A stretch of 64,000 nucleotides of DNA from a virus. Its lineage: Duplodnaviria; Caudoviricetes. The notes under the pieces were generated by a model. The model saw only the letters and a program-made list of their open reading frames with translations, was not told where the DNA came from and did no database searches. The translations under genes and the position numbers were made by a program. Position 1 is the stretch's first letter. Each line of letters starts with the position of its first letter. This document shows, one piece after another, positions 1 to 9,958 of the stretch. Location: positions 413 to 64,412 of IMG/VR virus record IMGVR_UViG_3300022921_001344. One strand, given 5' to 3'.

Positions 1-2
1 AA

Positions 3-350
3 ACAAAACGTATGTTTGCATTTCATAGTGATATAGTTTTTAGTCCTATGGCATGGCCTAGACATATATTAGATCGTATTATACATGAAAACTTAGACTA
101 TATACGCCCACGTGCAACAGATAAACAACAAACTCTAATAAATGAATTAGAAAATATGCTCACAGTTCCTAATTTTGAGGAACAATGGCCAGAAGAACAT
201 GAAGAAAATTTCTTTAGAGGCAGAGGGTGGCAAAGAAAAATTGCTGAGATGAGACCAGACCAAAAGTATACAATTGAAGATGTTTATAAACTAGATGATC
301 AATTATATGATTGGTGGATGAAAATAGATAAAAAGCATAACCAAAGATAA
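3..350 (+). CDS. 5'-truncated CDS, probably the C-terminus of another Twitch-type radical SAM paralog
   Basis: Frame is open to the window edge. The pattern F..SP..WP...LD..followed by a helical tail resembles the C-termini of the downstream paralogs; no CxxxCxxC motif is visible. Confidence 0.45.
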   Translation, partial: TKRMFAFHSDIVFSPMAWPRHILDRIIHENLDYIRPRATDKQQTLINELENMLTVPNFEEQWPEEHEENFFRGRGWQRKIAEMRPDQKYTIEDVYKLDDQLYDWWMKIDKKHNQR

Positions 351-370
351 ATTTCTTTATCAAAAAACCT

Positions 371-378
371 GATAAATA
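371..378 (+). promoter_or_regulatory. T4-like late promoter (GATAAATA)
   Basis: Variant of the T4 late -10 element TATAAATA, about 35 nt upstream of the ATG at 414, which has an AGGAG RBS. The same motif recurs before the structural genes. Confidence 0.6.
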
Positions 379-413
379 TAACTGTATTTAATACAACACA
401 ACAGGAGATAAAG

Positions 414-1736
414 ATGGCCTCAGTCGGATTTATCGGTGTAGGTAAGTTAGGACAAGCCTGTGCCGAGATGGTCGCTGAAGTACATGATGTTGTTGGGTAT
501 GATGTTAATCCTGTAGAGCCTGAAAACTTTGCAATGGTAGACAGTATAGCAGATGCTGTACATGGTAGAGATATTGTTTTTATAGCAGTACCTACACCGC
601 ATGACCCACAATATGATGGAAAAGCACCAACCAGCCATTTACCTAATAAGGACTTTGACTATTCATTGGTCAAGCAAGTACTTAGTGAAGTAAATGCGGT
701 TGCAACAAAAGACCAATTAGTAGTCCTTATATCAACAGTACTCCCTGGAACAACCAGACGTGAGTTTATTGATTTAATTCCAAATGCCCGATTCGTTTAT
801 AATCCATATCTTATTGCTATGGGTACAGTAAAGTGGGATATGGTAAATCCAGAAATGGTAATGATAGGAACAGAAGATGGAAGTGAAACAGGTGATGCAA
901 AAGAACTTGTTGACTTTTATAAAACAATAATGCAGAACGAACCAAGATACATTATAGGTACTTGGGACGAAACAGAATGTATAAAAGTATTTTACAATAC
1001 ATTTATTAGTGCTAAAGTAAGTCTAGTAAACATGATACAAGACGTTGCGGAAAACTTAGGCAACATAAACGCAGAAGTAGTTTGCGATGCACTTGCACAA
1101 AGTGACAGACGTATTATGGGACCAGGTTATATGAAACCAGGTATGGGCGATGGGGGTGCTTGTCATCCAAGAGATAATATCGCTTTACGTTGGATGGCTG
1201 AAGAACTTGACCTAGGATATGACTTGTTTGATGCTGTGATGTTATCAAGAGAAAAACAAGCAGAAAACATGGCTAATAGACTTTGCGAACTTGCAGAAGG
1301 AGATTTTCATCCTACAACAAGAACAATGATAGGTGCATTGCCAGTAATTATTGTTGGTAAAGCATACAAACCATTAGTAGAATATGAAGCCGGTTCGGCA
1401 AGTATGTTAGTAGGCCACTATGTACAAAATCGTGGTCATGAATTACATTACTTAGACGAAAAAACCGGAGATATGCCTCCGCAATCAGTATTAGATAAAC
1501 CTGCTGTATATTTACTTGCACATAATCCTGGCATAACATATGGTGATCAATTAGATACTGTACCAGGCTGGTATGGTGATCATAAAGTTACAGACTGTGA
1601 TGATGCATTAGTATCAACAGGTAATGGTACAGAGTTAAACTTTGCTTCAGGTAGTATTGTAGTTGACCCATGGAGAAAAACTCCAGACATAGAAGGTGTT
1701 AAAGTAATTCATTACGGAAATACTAGAGGAAAATAG
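414..1736 (+). CDS. ugd: UDP-glucose/GDP-mannose 6-dehydrogenase family protein
   Basis: Rossmann GVGKLG, FIAVPTP, STVLPGT, KVFYNTF and catalytic GGACHPRD motifs. Confidence 0.9.
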   Translation: MASVGFIGVGKLGQACAEMVAEVHDVVGYDVNPVEPENFAMVDSIADAVHGRDIVFIAVPTPHDPQYDGKAPTSHLPNKDFDYSLVKQVLSEVNAVATKDQLVVLISTVLPGTTRREFIDLIPNARFVYNPYLIAMGTVKWDMVNPEMVMIGTEDGSETGDAKELVDFYKTIMQNEPRYIIGTWDETECIKVFYNTFISAKVSLVNMIQDVAENLGNINAEVVCDALAQSDRRIMGPGYMKPGMGDGGACHPRDNIALRWMAEELDLGYDLFDAVMLSREKQAENMANRLCELAEGDFHPTTRTMIGALPVIIVGKAYKPLVEYEAGSASMLVGHYVQNRGHELHYLDEKTGDMPPQSVLDKPAVYLLAHNPGITYGDQLDTVPGWYGDHKVTDCDDALVSTGNGTELNFASGSIVVDPWRKTPDIEGVKVIHYGNTRGK

Positions 1737-1737
1737 G

Positions 1738-3072
1738 ATGTCAGAACCTAGATATTGCAGTTTACTTTGGGCACATATCAGTAATGAGCCTTTGGGTCAT
1801 GTTAGAACATGTTGTATAGCAAAAGAGCGAGTCAAAGATGACGAAGGTAATGACTTTACACTGGGTTCAACATCTGTAAGAGACATTTTTCATAGTGAAT
1901 TTTATAAAAAAATAAGACAAGACATAAGAGAAGGAAAACTTCCAGAAAATTGTGAACCTTGTTGGCGAGAAGAAGATAACGGAAAAAAATCTAAAAGACA
2001 AATTTATAATGAATATGCTGAATGGAGATTTGACCCTATAGATTATTCTAAAGAACCTGACATGCCTCAAGATATGCAACTTATTTTAAGTACTACATGT
2101 AATTTAAAATGTAGAAGTTGTAATCCAAACTACAGTAGTAAATGGGTTAAAGAAGCAGATGCAAGAGGTCTTCCTTATTTTAAAGAAAAAGTTACAATCC
2201 CAATGGATGACCCTGAAAAGTCAAAGTTTTGGACTGAAATAGATGATTGGTTACCACATATTAGAAATCTAGAAATTATGGGCGGTGAGCCTCTGTACAT
2301 GAAAGAGTTCAAATCCTTTGCAAATAAATTAATAGATCAGAATATTGCACCTAAAGTAGGTTTAAGTTTTAGTACAAATGGAACTATGGCAGGTGGAGAA
2401 TTTTTTGAGAGAATTATAGATAATTTTAAATCTGTATCTTTTAATGTAAGTATAGATGCCGCTGAAAAGAAAAGATTTGACTATTTAAGACACGGTGCTG
2501 ATTGGAACGAAGTAGAAAAAAATTTAGACACAATTCACAGTATGATTGGTCAGGGGAATGTTTTTGCTGGAATCACATGTACAGTAACAGCACTAAATGT
2601 TATGTATCTTACAGAAATGCATAAAGAGTTTAACGAAAGATGGCCTAAATTTCATATATTTCATAATATAGCAAATTTACCTAGTTGGTATAACCCTAAT
2701 GTGTTCCCAAATGAAATGAAAGAAGATATTGTTAAACCGTTAAGGGAAGGATTAGAAAATAATGTTTTTAAAACAGATCATGCTATTTCAGAAATAACAG
2801 GTATAATAAATCATTCCATAGCACCCAGAGAAGATGTAATAAGACCATATGGCAATCAGCCTACAGATACAATAGAAAATGAAATTGCTGTACGTTGGAA
2901 TATGTTTAGAAAGCAAGTAGTTGCTGGTGATGAATATAGAGATGAAGATTTTAGAGATGTATTTCCTGAGCTTTGGGAAATCGTAAAAGAGGATTTCTTT
3001 TATAGTAAATTATATGAAAGAGCAAAGGCAGACCCAATGTACGGTGCAATTGATAAGGGAACATTTATATAA
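1738..3072 (+). CDS. Radical SAM protein with N-terminal Twitch/SPASM-like domain
   Basis: CNLKCRSC (CxxxCxxC), GGEP, and N-terminal C...CC...CxxC. Confidence 0.9.
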   Translation: MSEPRYCSLLWAHISNEPLGHVRTCCIAKERVKDDEGNDFTLGSTSVRDIFHSEFYKKIRQDIREGKLPENCEPCWREEDNGKKSKRQIYNEYAEWRFDPIDYSKEPDMPQDMQLILSTTCNLKCRSCNPNYSSKWVKEADARGLPYFKEKVTIPMDDPEKSKFWTEIDDWLPHIRNLEIMGGEPLYMKEFKSFANKLIDQNIAPKVGLSFSTNGTMAGGEFFERIIDNFKSVSFNVSIDAAEKKRFDYLRHGADWNEVEKNLDTIHSMIGQGNVFAGITCTVTALNVMYLTEMHKEFNERWPKFHIFHNIANLPSWYNPNVFPNEMKEDIVKPLREGLENNVFKTDHAISEITGIINHSIAPREDVIRPYGNQPTDTIENEIAVRWNMFRKQVVAGDEYRDEDFRDVFPELWEIVKEDFFYSKLYERAKADPMYGAIDKGTFI

Positions 3073-4310
3073 TGAGTAATACTTTTTGTCCGCTACCTTG
3101 GATGCATTTAGGAACACACCCACATGGTGGTGTTACTCCTTGTTGTATTTCTGATATGACTGCCGGCAAGAATAGAGCCAGGAACTACACTGATCAAGGT
3201 GATGAGTTCTATAATTTAAATGATCACAATATTGATACACATATGAACAGTGATTATTTTAAAGAAATTAGATTGGAGATGTTAAATGATGTGGAGCCTA
3301 AAGCATGTAAAAGATGCTACGATGAAGAAAGAAAAGGAATTAAGAGCAAACGTGTCCACGAGTCCGAGGTATATAAGGACTTTGACGCCGATTACTCATC
3401 CAGAATTACAAGTGAGGATGGTAGCATACCTATGGATCTTCGCTTTGTTGAGTTGCGTCTTGGTAACGTATGTAATGTCCGCTGTCGCACTTGTAATCCA
3501 GCAAGTAGTTCGAGGTGGGTGGCAGACTATAAAAAGATTGTTGACTCGCTAGATTTTGTAAATGATGGATACAGTTGGTTAGATCACAAACACGATTTTC
3601 AATGGCCAGAAGATGAAAACTTTTATGAGGATTTATTTGAATGTGCACCTAACATGGAAGTTTTATATATAAATGGTGGGGAACCAACACTAATTAAAGC
3701 ACATTGGAATTACTTACGCAAATTAGTTGATAGTGGTCGTAGTAAAAATATTATATTGTGGTATAATATTAATATGACAAACTTACCTAATGAAGCAATT
3801 CCGCTTTGGAAAGAATTCAAAGAGGCCAGAGTCTGTCCTAGTATAGACGATCTGGAACACAGAAACAAATATATCAGATTTCCTACAGAATGGTCAGATG
3901 TAGAAAAGAATTTAGATACTGTAATAAATGTACCTGAACTCACTGTGAGAATAACACAAACAGTAAGTGCATACAGTTACATTTATTTAGACGAGTTTTT
4001 AAACTGGGCACCATGCCCAGTTGATATGAACTTTGTATATGACCCTGATTACCTATCGCCTGGAATATTACCTCCTGTCGTGAGACACGAGGCCCATGCC
4101 AAGTTTAGAAAAACGATGGGTAACAGACATGAACTCGGAACATTGTTGAGCATGTATGATAACGATGATTGGGATGAAGTTAAATGGGAACACTTTTGTC
4201 GGTACAATGACGAGTTAGATAAGATACGCCAACACGAAAATGGTTGGAGAGAAATTTTTCCTGAACTAATAGCACTTTTAGATAAACATGGAGTAAAACA
4301 TGCATATTAG
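3072..4310 (+). CDS. Radical SAM protein with N-terminal Twitch/SPASM-like domain
   Basis: CPLPW..PCC..CKRC, CNVRCRTC, GGEP. Confidence 0.9.
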   Translation: MSNTFCPLPWMHLGTHPHGGVTPCCISDMTAGKNRARNYTDQGDEFYNLNDHNIDTHMNSDYFKEIRLEMLNDVEPKACKRCYDEERKGIKSKRVHESEVYKDFDADYSSRITSEDGSIPMDLRFVELRLGNVCNVRCRTCNPASSSRWVADYKKIVDSLDFVNDGYSWLDHKHDFQWPEDENFYEDLFECAPNMEVLYINGGEPTLIKAHWNYLRKLVDSGRSKNIILWYNINMTNLPNEAIPLWKEFKEARVCPSIDDLEHRNKYIRFPTEWSDVEKNLDTVINVPELTVRITQTVSAYSYIYLDEFLNWAPCPVDMNFVYDPDYLSPGILPPVVRHEAHAKFRKTMGNRHELGTLLSMYDNDDWDEVKWEHFCRYNDELDKIRQHENGWREIFPELIALLDKHGVKHAY

Positions 4311-5502
4311 AATGTCCTTAAATATAGGATCTAAAGTCCTTGAAAATGGAGTAACTGTTTTTTTTAAAGACGAGTTTAGTCCTTGTAGACTATACAATGA
4401 TTTACCAAAAGGAGACTATATTATAATAGATTTTAGTTCCGTCTGGGAACAAGACTTTATGTTTTTTGCTATGAAAACTATAGAAAAAGCAAAAGAAATC
4501 TCCAGAAATGTTATAATGACATATCAAACAGAAGCATTTCATAGTAAATTTTGGGAATTCACGTGCCAAATTTTAGAGGATCAAGGATTCAACAGGGCAA
4601 TGATTATAGATGCCGGAATAAATTTAGGTTTTGAAGGTTATGTTAATACAGGACATAGATTAAAAGTAGTACATGTTCCTGCTTCACAATGGTTTGATTA
4701 TTATACAGATATCGTACCTGATAATTCACTACATATGCAAGAATTTCAAGGAGATAGAAGTAAACATTTTATTTCTCTTGCGAGGTTTGCCAGAGCGGAA
4801 AGAATAGAATTTACAAACGAAATATTAGATAGTTTTTTAAGATACAAAGGCAGATTCAGTTGTGGATGGGGAGATATGCAGGATAACCCTATGGTTTGGC
4901 ATAAAGATTCTACAGTATGGAGTTTAATACCTAATCATCTTAGGAAATATTACCCAATTACATTAGGTGATAGTCTAGATGATCAACACAAATTAATGGA
5001 TCATATTGCCGATAATGTTTTTAATGTTGTATTAGAAGCAGAGACTGGGCATAATCCAGCATGTTATAAAATACAGAGTGACATACGAGCAACATGGGAA
5101 AGAACTGCGGGTAGATTTTTAACAGTTTATAGTGATAGAATAATGGCAACAGAAAAAACCACAAAGGTTTTTGCAATGAATCAGATTCCTTTATTTTTAG
5201 GTCCTCCTGCTATGGTGTTTACACTGGATCATTTAGGATTTGATATGTTTGATGATTTAGTGGATCATGATTATGATAAAAAGGATTCTTTAGAAACAAG
5301 AAGTAAATTATTAATTAAAGAATTAAAGCGACTTTGTACTAAACCTTTATCAGAATTAAACGAGTTTTTAGAAGAAAACAAAGATAGATTAAAAGGTAAT
5401 CAAGATCATTGCAAAGTTTTAGGTAATAGATTACATAGCAGAGCAATAAATTACACAAAAGAGTTTATTATAAATGGAAACTTGGAATATAGAGAATTAT
5501 AA
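4300..5502 (+). CDS. Putative glycosyltransferase-like protein (paralog of 40136-41434)
   Basis: C-terminal FNVVLE...TEKTTK....PLFLG...LGFDMFDD pattern, reminiscent of GT10/exostosin-like nucleotide-sugar-binding domains. Confidence 0.45.
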   Translation: MHIRMSLNIGSKVLENGVTVFFKDEFSPCRLYNDLPKGDYIIIDFSSVWEQDFMFFAMKTIEKAKEISRNVIMTYQTEAFHSKFWEFTCQILEDQGFNRAMIIDAGINLGFEGYVNTGHRLKVVHVPASQWFDYYTDIVPDNSLHMQEFQGDRSKHFISLARFARAERIEFTNEILDSFLRYKGRFSCGWGDMQDNPMVWHKDSTVWSLIPNHLRKYYPITLGDSLDDQHKLMDHIADNVFNVVLEAETGHNPACYKIQSDIRATWERTAGRFLTVYSDRIMATEKTTKVFAMNQIPLFLGPPAMVFTLDHLGFDMFDDLVDHDYDKKDSLETRSKLLIKELKRLCTKPLSELNEFLEENKDRLKGNQDHCKVLGNRLHSRAINYTKEFIINGNLEYREL

Positions 5503-6724
5503 AGACAGTGATGTAATGTGTATCCTACCCTGGATTCACATGCACCCGTGGCCAAACGGCAAAACTATGCTGTGTTGTGATTCTCCTTGGGAAGATCATA
5601 TAGGTGATTTACGAGAAAGTAGTTTACAAGAAGTTTGGAATAGCGAAAAAATGAAGCAAGTTCGCTTAAACATGTTAAACGGTAAAAAGTGTTCGCAATG
5701 TGTACGTTGCTATGAGAAAGAAGAAAAAGGCCATGACAGTTTAAGAGTCAGAAGTAATCGAGATTGGTTAGAACCTCATTGGGATAAAGTTGAAAAAACA
5801 AATGCAGACGGTAGTCTCGATGATCTACACATTGTATACTTAGACTTTAGATTTAGTAATGTATGTAACTTACGTTGTAGATATTGCGGACCTGAACTAA
5901 GCAGTAATTGGTATGCTGATGCTAAAGCAAGTACATTTAATATAAGTCCAACAGAACGTATCATACAAATTCGTAAAGACGTAGACGGCTTTATGGAAGA
6001 ATTTGATCCTATGTTAGAACATATTGAACAAATATATTGGGCTGGCGGCGAACCTATATTAATGGACGAACATTGGGGTATAATGAACAGACTTGTAGAA
6101 ATGGGTAAAACAGATATACGAATATTTTATAATACAAATTTTACAACATTAGAATACAAGGGGCAGAGTGTATTAGATTTATGGAAAAAATTTGAACATG
6201 TATGCATAGGAGCAAGTTTAGATGCAGAAGGTTCAAGAGGGGAATATCAACGAAAAGGTACTGTTTGGTCTGATGTTATAAATAATATGGAAGAATTTAG
6301 AAAAGTCAATCACCTAACTAATAATCCTGCAAAAGACAAAGTTGTAGACTTCTACATAAGTGCAACTGTAAATGCCTATAATGCTTGGCACATAACAGAT
6401 TTTCACAGAAACTGGGTTGATCAGGGGTACATATTACCCGGTGACTGGTATATGAATGTACTATTAAATAATCCACGTTTTAGAATGAGTGTGTTACCTA
6501 AAGAATTTAAAGAAAAAATAAAAGAAAAATGGTTGGCACATTTAGAATGGCTAGAACCTTTAGATCATATAGGTAGAGCAACAGAAGGATATAAAAGTGC
6601 AATTAAATTTTTAGATGATGACGATACTGATCTTTGGCAGGAGTTTAAAGATTTTAATAAAGAGTTTGATAAGTTAAGAAATGAAACATTTGATGAAATA
6701 TTTCCGGAGTTGGCAGAATTATGA
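5474..6724 (+). CDS. Radical SAM protein with N-terminal Twitch/SPASM-like domain
   Basis: CILPW..LCC..IGDL....LQEVWNS..CVRC, CNLRCRYC, GGEP. Confidence 0.9.
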   Translation: METWNIENYKDSDVMCILPWIHMHPWPNGKTMLCCDSPWEDHIGDLRESSLQEVWNSEKMKQVRLNMLNGKKCSQCVRCYEKEEKGHDSLRVRSNRDWLEPHWDKVEKTNADGSLDDLHIVYLDFRFSNVCNLRCRYCGPELSSNWYADAKASTFNISPTERIIQIRKDVDGFMEEFDPMLEHIEQIYWAGGEPILMDEHWGIMNRLVEMGKTDIRIFYNTNFTTLEYKGQSVLDLWKKFEHVCIGASLDAEGSRGEYQRKGTVWSDVINNMEEFRKVNHLTNNPAKDKVVDFYISATVNAYNAWHITDFHRNWVDQGYILPGDWYMNVLLNNPRFRMSVLPKEFKEKIKEKWLAHLEWLEPLDHIGRATEGYKSAIKFLDDDDTDLWQEFKDFNKEFDKLRNETFDEIFPELAEL

Positions 6725-7914
6725 GTAAGTATTTTTGTCCAATGCCGTTTGTAAATTTAGAAGCCAGAACTGATGGCTCAATGTCTATCTGCTGTCAAAT
6801 GGATGAGCTAATCAGTAAAGACGGCCAAAATTTATCTCTTACACACGATGTATTAACCGACGGCTGGAGAAGTGAATGGTTAGCAAATTTAAGAAAAGAT
6901 TTTTTAGATGGTAAAAAACCTGCTTCTTGCTACAGTTGTTGGACTGCCGAGGATGCCGGAATAGACAGTAAACGTCAGAGAGCATTGAGAGACTTCCCTA
7001 CAGCATTAGAAGAAGCATTGGAAAAGAAAGAACACATTAAACCAAAATCTATGGATTTAAAACTTGGTAATGTATGTAATAATAAATGTAGAATTTGTAA
7101 TAGTTTTGCAAGTAGTCTATGGGTACCAGAAGAGAAAAAACGAGATGGTACAAACAATTTGTTTTGGGATAGAATGCGTACAGTGGGTAGATGGCCAGAA
7201 ACAAATGAGGCATTTTGGGAAGACTTTGAAGAACTTAGTGATGACTTAGAAGTATTAGAATTTTATGGCGGTGAACCATTATTAATAAAAAGACATTATG
7301 ATATTTTACAGGATTTAGTTGATTCCGGTAAAAGTAAAGATATAAAATTATTGTATAATACAAATGGTTCAATATATCCTGAGAGAGGATTAGAACTATG
7401 GCCTCACTTTAAACAAGTAATGTTAAGTTGGAGTTTTGATGGAGTAGGAGAGCAATTTGAATACATAAGGCATCCTGCTAAATGGAACGAGGTACAAGAA
7501 AATTTACAAAAAGTATTAGATAAAAATATACCAAATATATTTGTAGACATATGCTATACTGTGGGAATCTTTAACATTTTTTATATGGAAGAAATTTTAG
7601 AATGGAGGGACAATTTTAAACCAGATCTTCCTATATATTTTAATCATGTTTATACGCCAGATCATTTTAGTTGCAAGGTATTACCTAAAGAAATAAAAGA
7701 TAAAATTGTAGACAAGTATAAAGATAATACACATCCTGACATTGTGAGTTCTGTTAAATATTGTACAGATGTAGATTATGATGTAAGTCTTATGGAAATG
7801 TTCTATAAACAGGTTAAGTTTAGTGATGAATTTAGAGGAGAAAATTTTGCTAAAACTTTTCCAGAATTTTATAATTTATTAAAAGAATATGGTAATGCAC
7901 CGGAGGACTTTTAA
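6721..7914 (+). CDS. Radical SAM protein with N-terminal Twitch/SPASM-like domain
   Basis: CPMPF..ICC..CYSC, CNNKCRIC, GGEP. Confidence 0.9.
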   Translation: MSKYFCPMPFVNLEARTDGSMSICCQMDELISKDGQNLSLTHDVLTDGWRSEWLANLRKDFLDGKKPASCYSCWTAEDAGIDSKRQRALRDFPTALEEALEKKEHIKPKSMDLKLGNVCNNKCRICNSFASSLWVPEEKKRDGTNNLFWDRMRTVGRWPETNEAFWEDFEELSDDLEVLEFYGGEPLLIKRHYDILQDLVDSGKSKDIKLLYNTNGSIYPERGLELWPHFKQVMLSWSFDGVGEQFEYIRHPAKWNEVQENLQKVLDKNIPNIFVDICYTVGIFNIFYMEEILEWRDNFKPDLPIYFNHVYTPDHFSCKVLPKEIKDKIVDKYKDNTHPDIVSSVKYCTDVDYDVSLMEMFYKQVKFSDEFRGENFAKTFPEFYNLLKEYGNAPEDF

Positions 7915-8537
7915 TGGATAAATTAATTTTAAAGTCTAAACTTAATAATAAACAACAACATATTTTGGGTAATATTTTTGATTCTAATTTATACGAAGAC
8001 TGGATTTATTATGATGAATCAGAAGCAAATAAAGATATTAAATCTACTGTTGAAGCAAGGGGAAGAAAATATCTAAACTTAAATGATATAGACAATAAGG
8101 AATTACAATCCGTATTAACAGAAATAAAAAAAGAATTATTTGAATCTAATGGATTTGATGAGTCAAAATTTAAATTGATAGAGATTGATGAAGGAAAGGG
8201 TTTATACCCTACTATGCTTTCGTGTATATATAAAGTTGATGGACTACCTAATCATGGTGTACACACTCATAAAGACTGGAGAGGTGCAAATGACGAAATG
8301 CAGGTAAGATTTAATTATCTTGTCAGGAAACCGGAAGAAGGGGGAGAACCTGTAATTAATAGAAGAGTAATTGATTTACAGGAGAAAGAAGGTATGGTAC
8401 TTTTTGCATCAGAATGGCTACATGCAGGTATGCCAGTAGAAGGTAGCAAAACAAGAATATTATTAAGTATTGGTTATCTTGTTGAAAACGAATATGCACA
8501 GGAATTAGAAAAGAGATTTAATTATGGAAGAATATAG
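7914..8537 (+). CDS. 2OG-Fe(II) oxygenase superfamily protein
   Basis: HKD (HxD), EGGEP, distal H (WLHAG) and R (KTRILLS). Confidence 0.75.
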   Translation: MDKLILKSKLNNKQQHILGNIFDSNLYEDWIYYDESEANKDIKSTVEARGRKYLNLNDIDNKELQSVLTEIKKELFESNGFDESKFKLIEIDEGKGLYPTMLSCIYKVDGLPNHGVHTHKDWRGANDEMQVRFNYLVRKPEEGGEPVINRRVIDLQEKEGMVLFASEWLHAGMPVEGSKTRILLSIGYLVENEYAQELEKRFNYGRI

Positions 8538-9831
8538 TAAAACATTTTGTCCTTATCCTTGGATATCGATAATGACTCAACCTACTGGTACTGTTAGTTG
8601 GTGTTGTGTTGCGAGAGACAATTTTAAAAATGATGACAACACTATGTTCGACCTTAATAAGGGAGACAAAATAGAATCTGTCTGGAATAACAATCATATG
8701 CGTAAAATCCGTAAGCAAATGATAGAAGGCGATGTGGTAAAAGGTTGCGAACATTGTTATGATTTAGAAGATATGGGTTTTCCTAGTTATAGAACAAACT
8801 ATATCAGAGACTGGTTTGAATATAGCGGAAGAGGAGAGGAAATACATGAGATTATAGAACGCAGTATAAACAACGACTATAAAGTAGAAGAATCTCCAAT
8901 GTACTTGGATTTTAGGTTAGGCAATATGTGTAACCTGAAGTGTAGAATGTGTCAACCTCAAAATTCAAGTCAAATACAAAAAGAATATAAAAAAATAGAA
9001 ACTGCTGATCCAATGGCAGGAAAATTTATTAAGGACAATTTCACCTGGGGTCAATTTGTTGATCACTTAACGCCATGGCAAGATGATCCGGAGTTTCTGC
9101 GTCAAGTAGAAGAATGGTTACCCAGTGTTAGTAAATTATATTTCACTGGAGGAGAGCCAACTATTATAGAACGTGTATATTGGATCATGGAAAAATGTGT
9201 TGAAATGGGTATAGCCCAAAATATTGAATTGGTATTTAATAGTAATATGACTAACGTTCAAGGAAGATTTTTAAATTTAGTAGAGCAGTTTAAAAATGTT
9301 TTAATGTGTATAAGTGTTGATGCATACGGCAAAGAAAACGAATATATCCGTGGGGCGAGCCATTGGAAACAAGTAGATAAAAATATTAGAAAATATTGTG
9401 AAAGTGAAGTTGTAGGTAGAATTTTATTTTCACCAGTAATACAAGTTTATAATATTTTAACAATTACTAAATTATTAGATTACTGTGAAGAATTAGAAGA
9501 AGAATACGGTAGAGAAATTTTTGTTACGTTTTTAATATGTGATTATCCAACAAGTTTAGATTTTAGAATCTGTCCGGAGCAAGTTAGAGAAGTTGCGGCA
9601 GGAAGATTAGAGCAATGGCTTAAACGCAGTAAAGTACTTGTAAACAGGCCTGAAAATGTACAAAGTATAGAAGCAACAATAAAGGCATTAAAAGAAAATC
9701 GTAAAGAGAATTGGAGACAAGAATTAAAGACTTTTCAAAAGTATACAAATTTATTAGACAAGCAAAGAGACGAATGCATGGAAGATGCATTACCGGAATT
9801 ATATAGATTAATGTATCAATCAAATAGGTAA
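8524..9831 (+). CDS. Radical SAM protein with N-terminal Twitch/SPASM-like domain
   Basis: CPYPW..WCC..CEHC, CNLKCRMC, GGEP. Confidence 0.9.
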   Translation: MEEYSKTFCPYPWISIMTQPTGTVSWCCVARDNFKNDDNTMFDLNKGDKIESVWNNNHMRKIRKQMIEGDVVKGCEHCYDLEDMGFPSYRTNYIRDWFEYSGRGEEIHEIIERSINNDYKVEESPMYLDFRLGNMCNLKCRMCQPQNSSQIQKEYKKIETADPMAGKFIKDNFTWGQFVDHLTPWQDDPEFLRQVEEWLPSVSKLYFTGGEPTIIERVYWIMEKCVEMGIAQNIELVFNSNMTNVQGRFLNLVEQFKNVLMCISVDAYGKENEYIRGASHWKQVDKNIRKYCESEVVGRILFSPVIQVYNILTITKLLDYCEELEEEYGREIFVTFLICDYPTSLDFRICPEQVREVAAGRLEQWLKRSKVLVNRPENVQSIEATIKALKENRKENWRQELKTFQKYTNLLDKQRDECMEDALPELYRLMYQSNR

Positions 9832-9835
9832 TATT

Positions 9836-9958
9836 ATGGAAGAAAATAAAGATAAAAAAGAAATTAATGATGAATTAGAATTGACTCCTGAAGAGGAAGA
9901 ACAACTAAAAAAGAAATTAGAAGAATTAAGAAAAAGAGACCCTTTTATATATAGATGA
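9836..9958 (+). CDS. 40-aa peptide MEENKDKKEINDELELTPEEEEQLKKKLEELRKRDPFIYR (absent from ORF track)
   Basis: Translated by hand. Fills the gap exactly, and its TGA overlaps the carbamoyltransferase ATG (ATGA). Confidence 0.75.
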   Translation: MEENKDKKEINDELELTPEEEEQLKKKLEELRKRDPFIYR

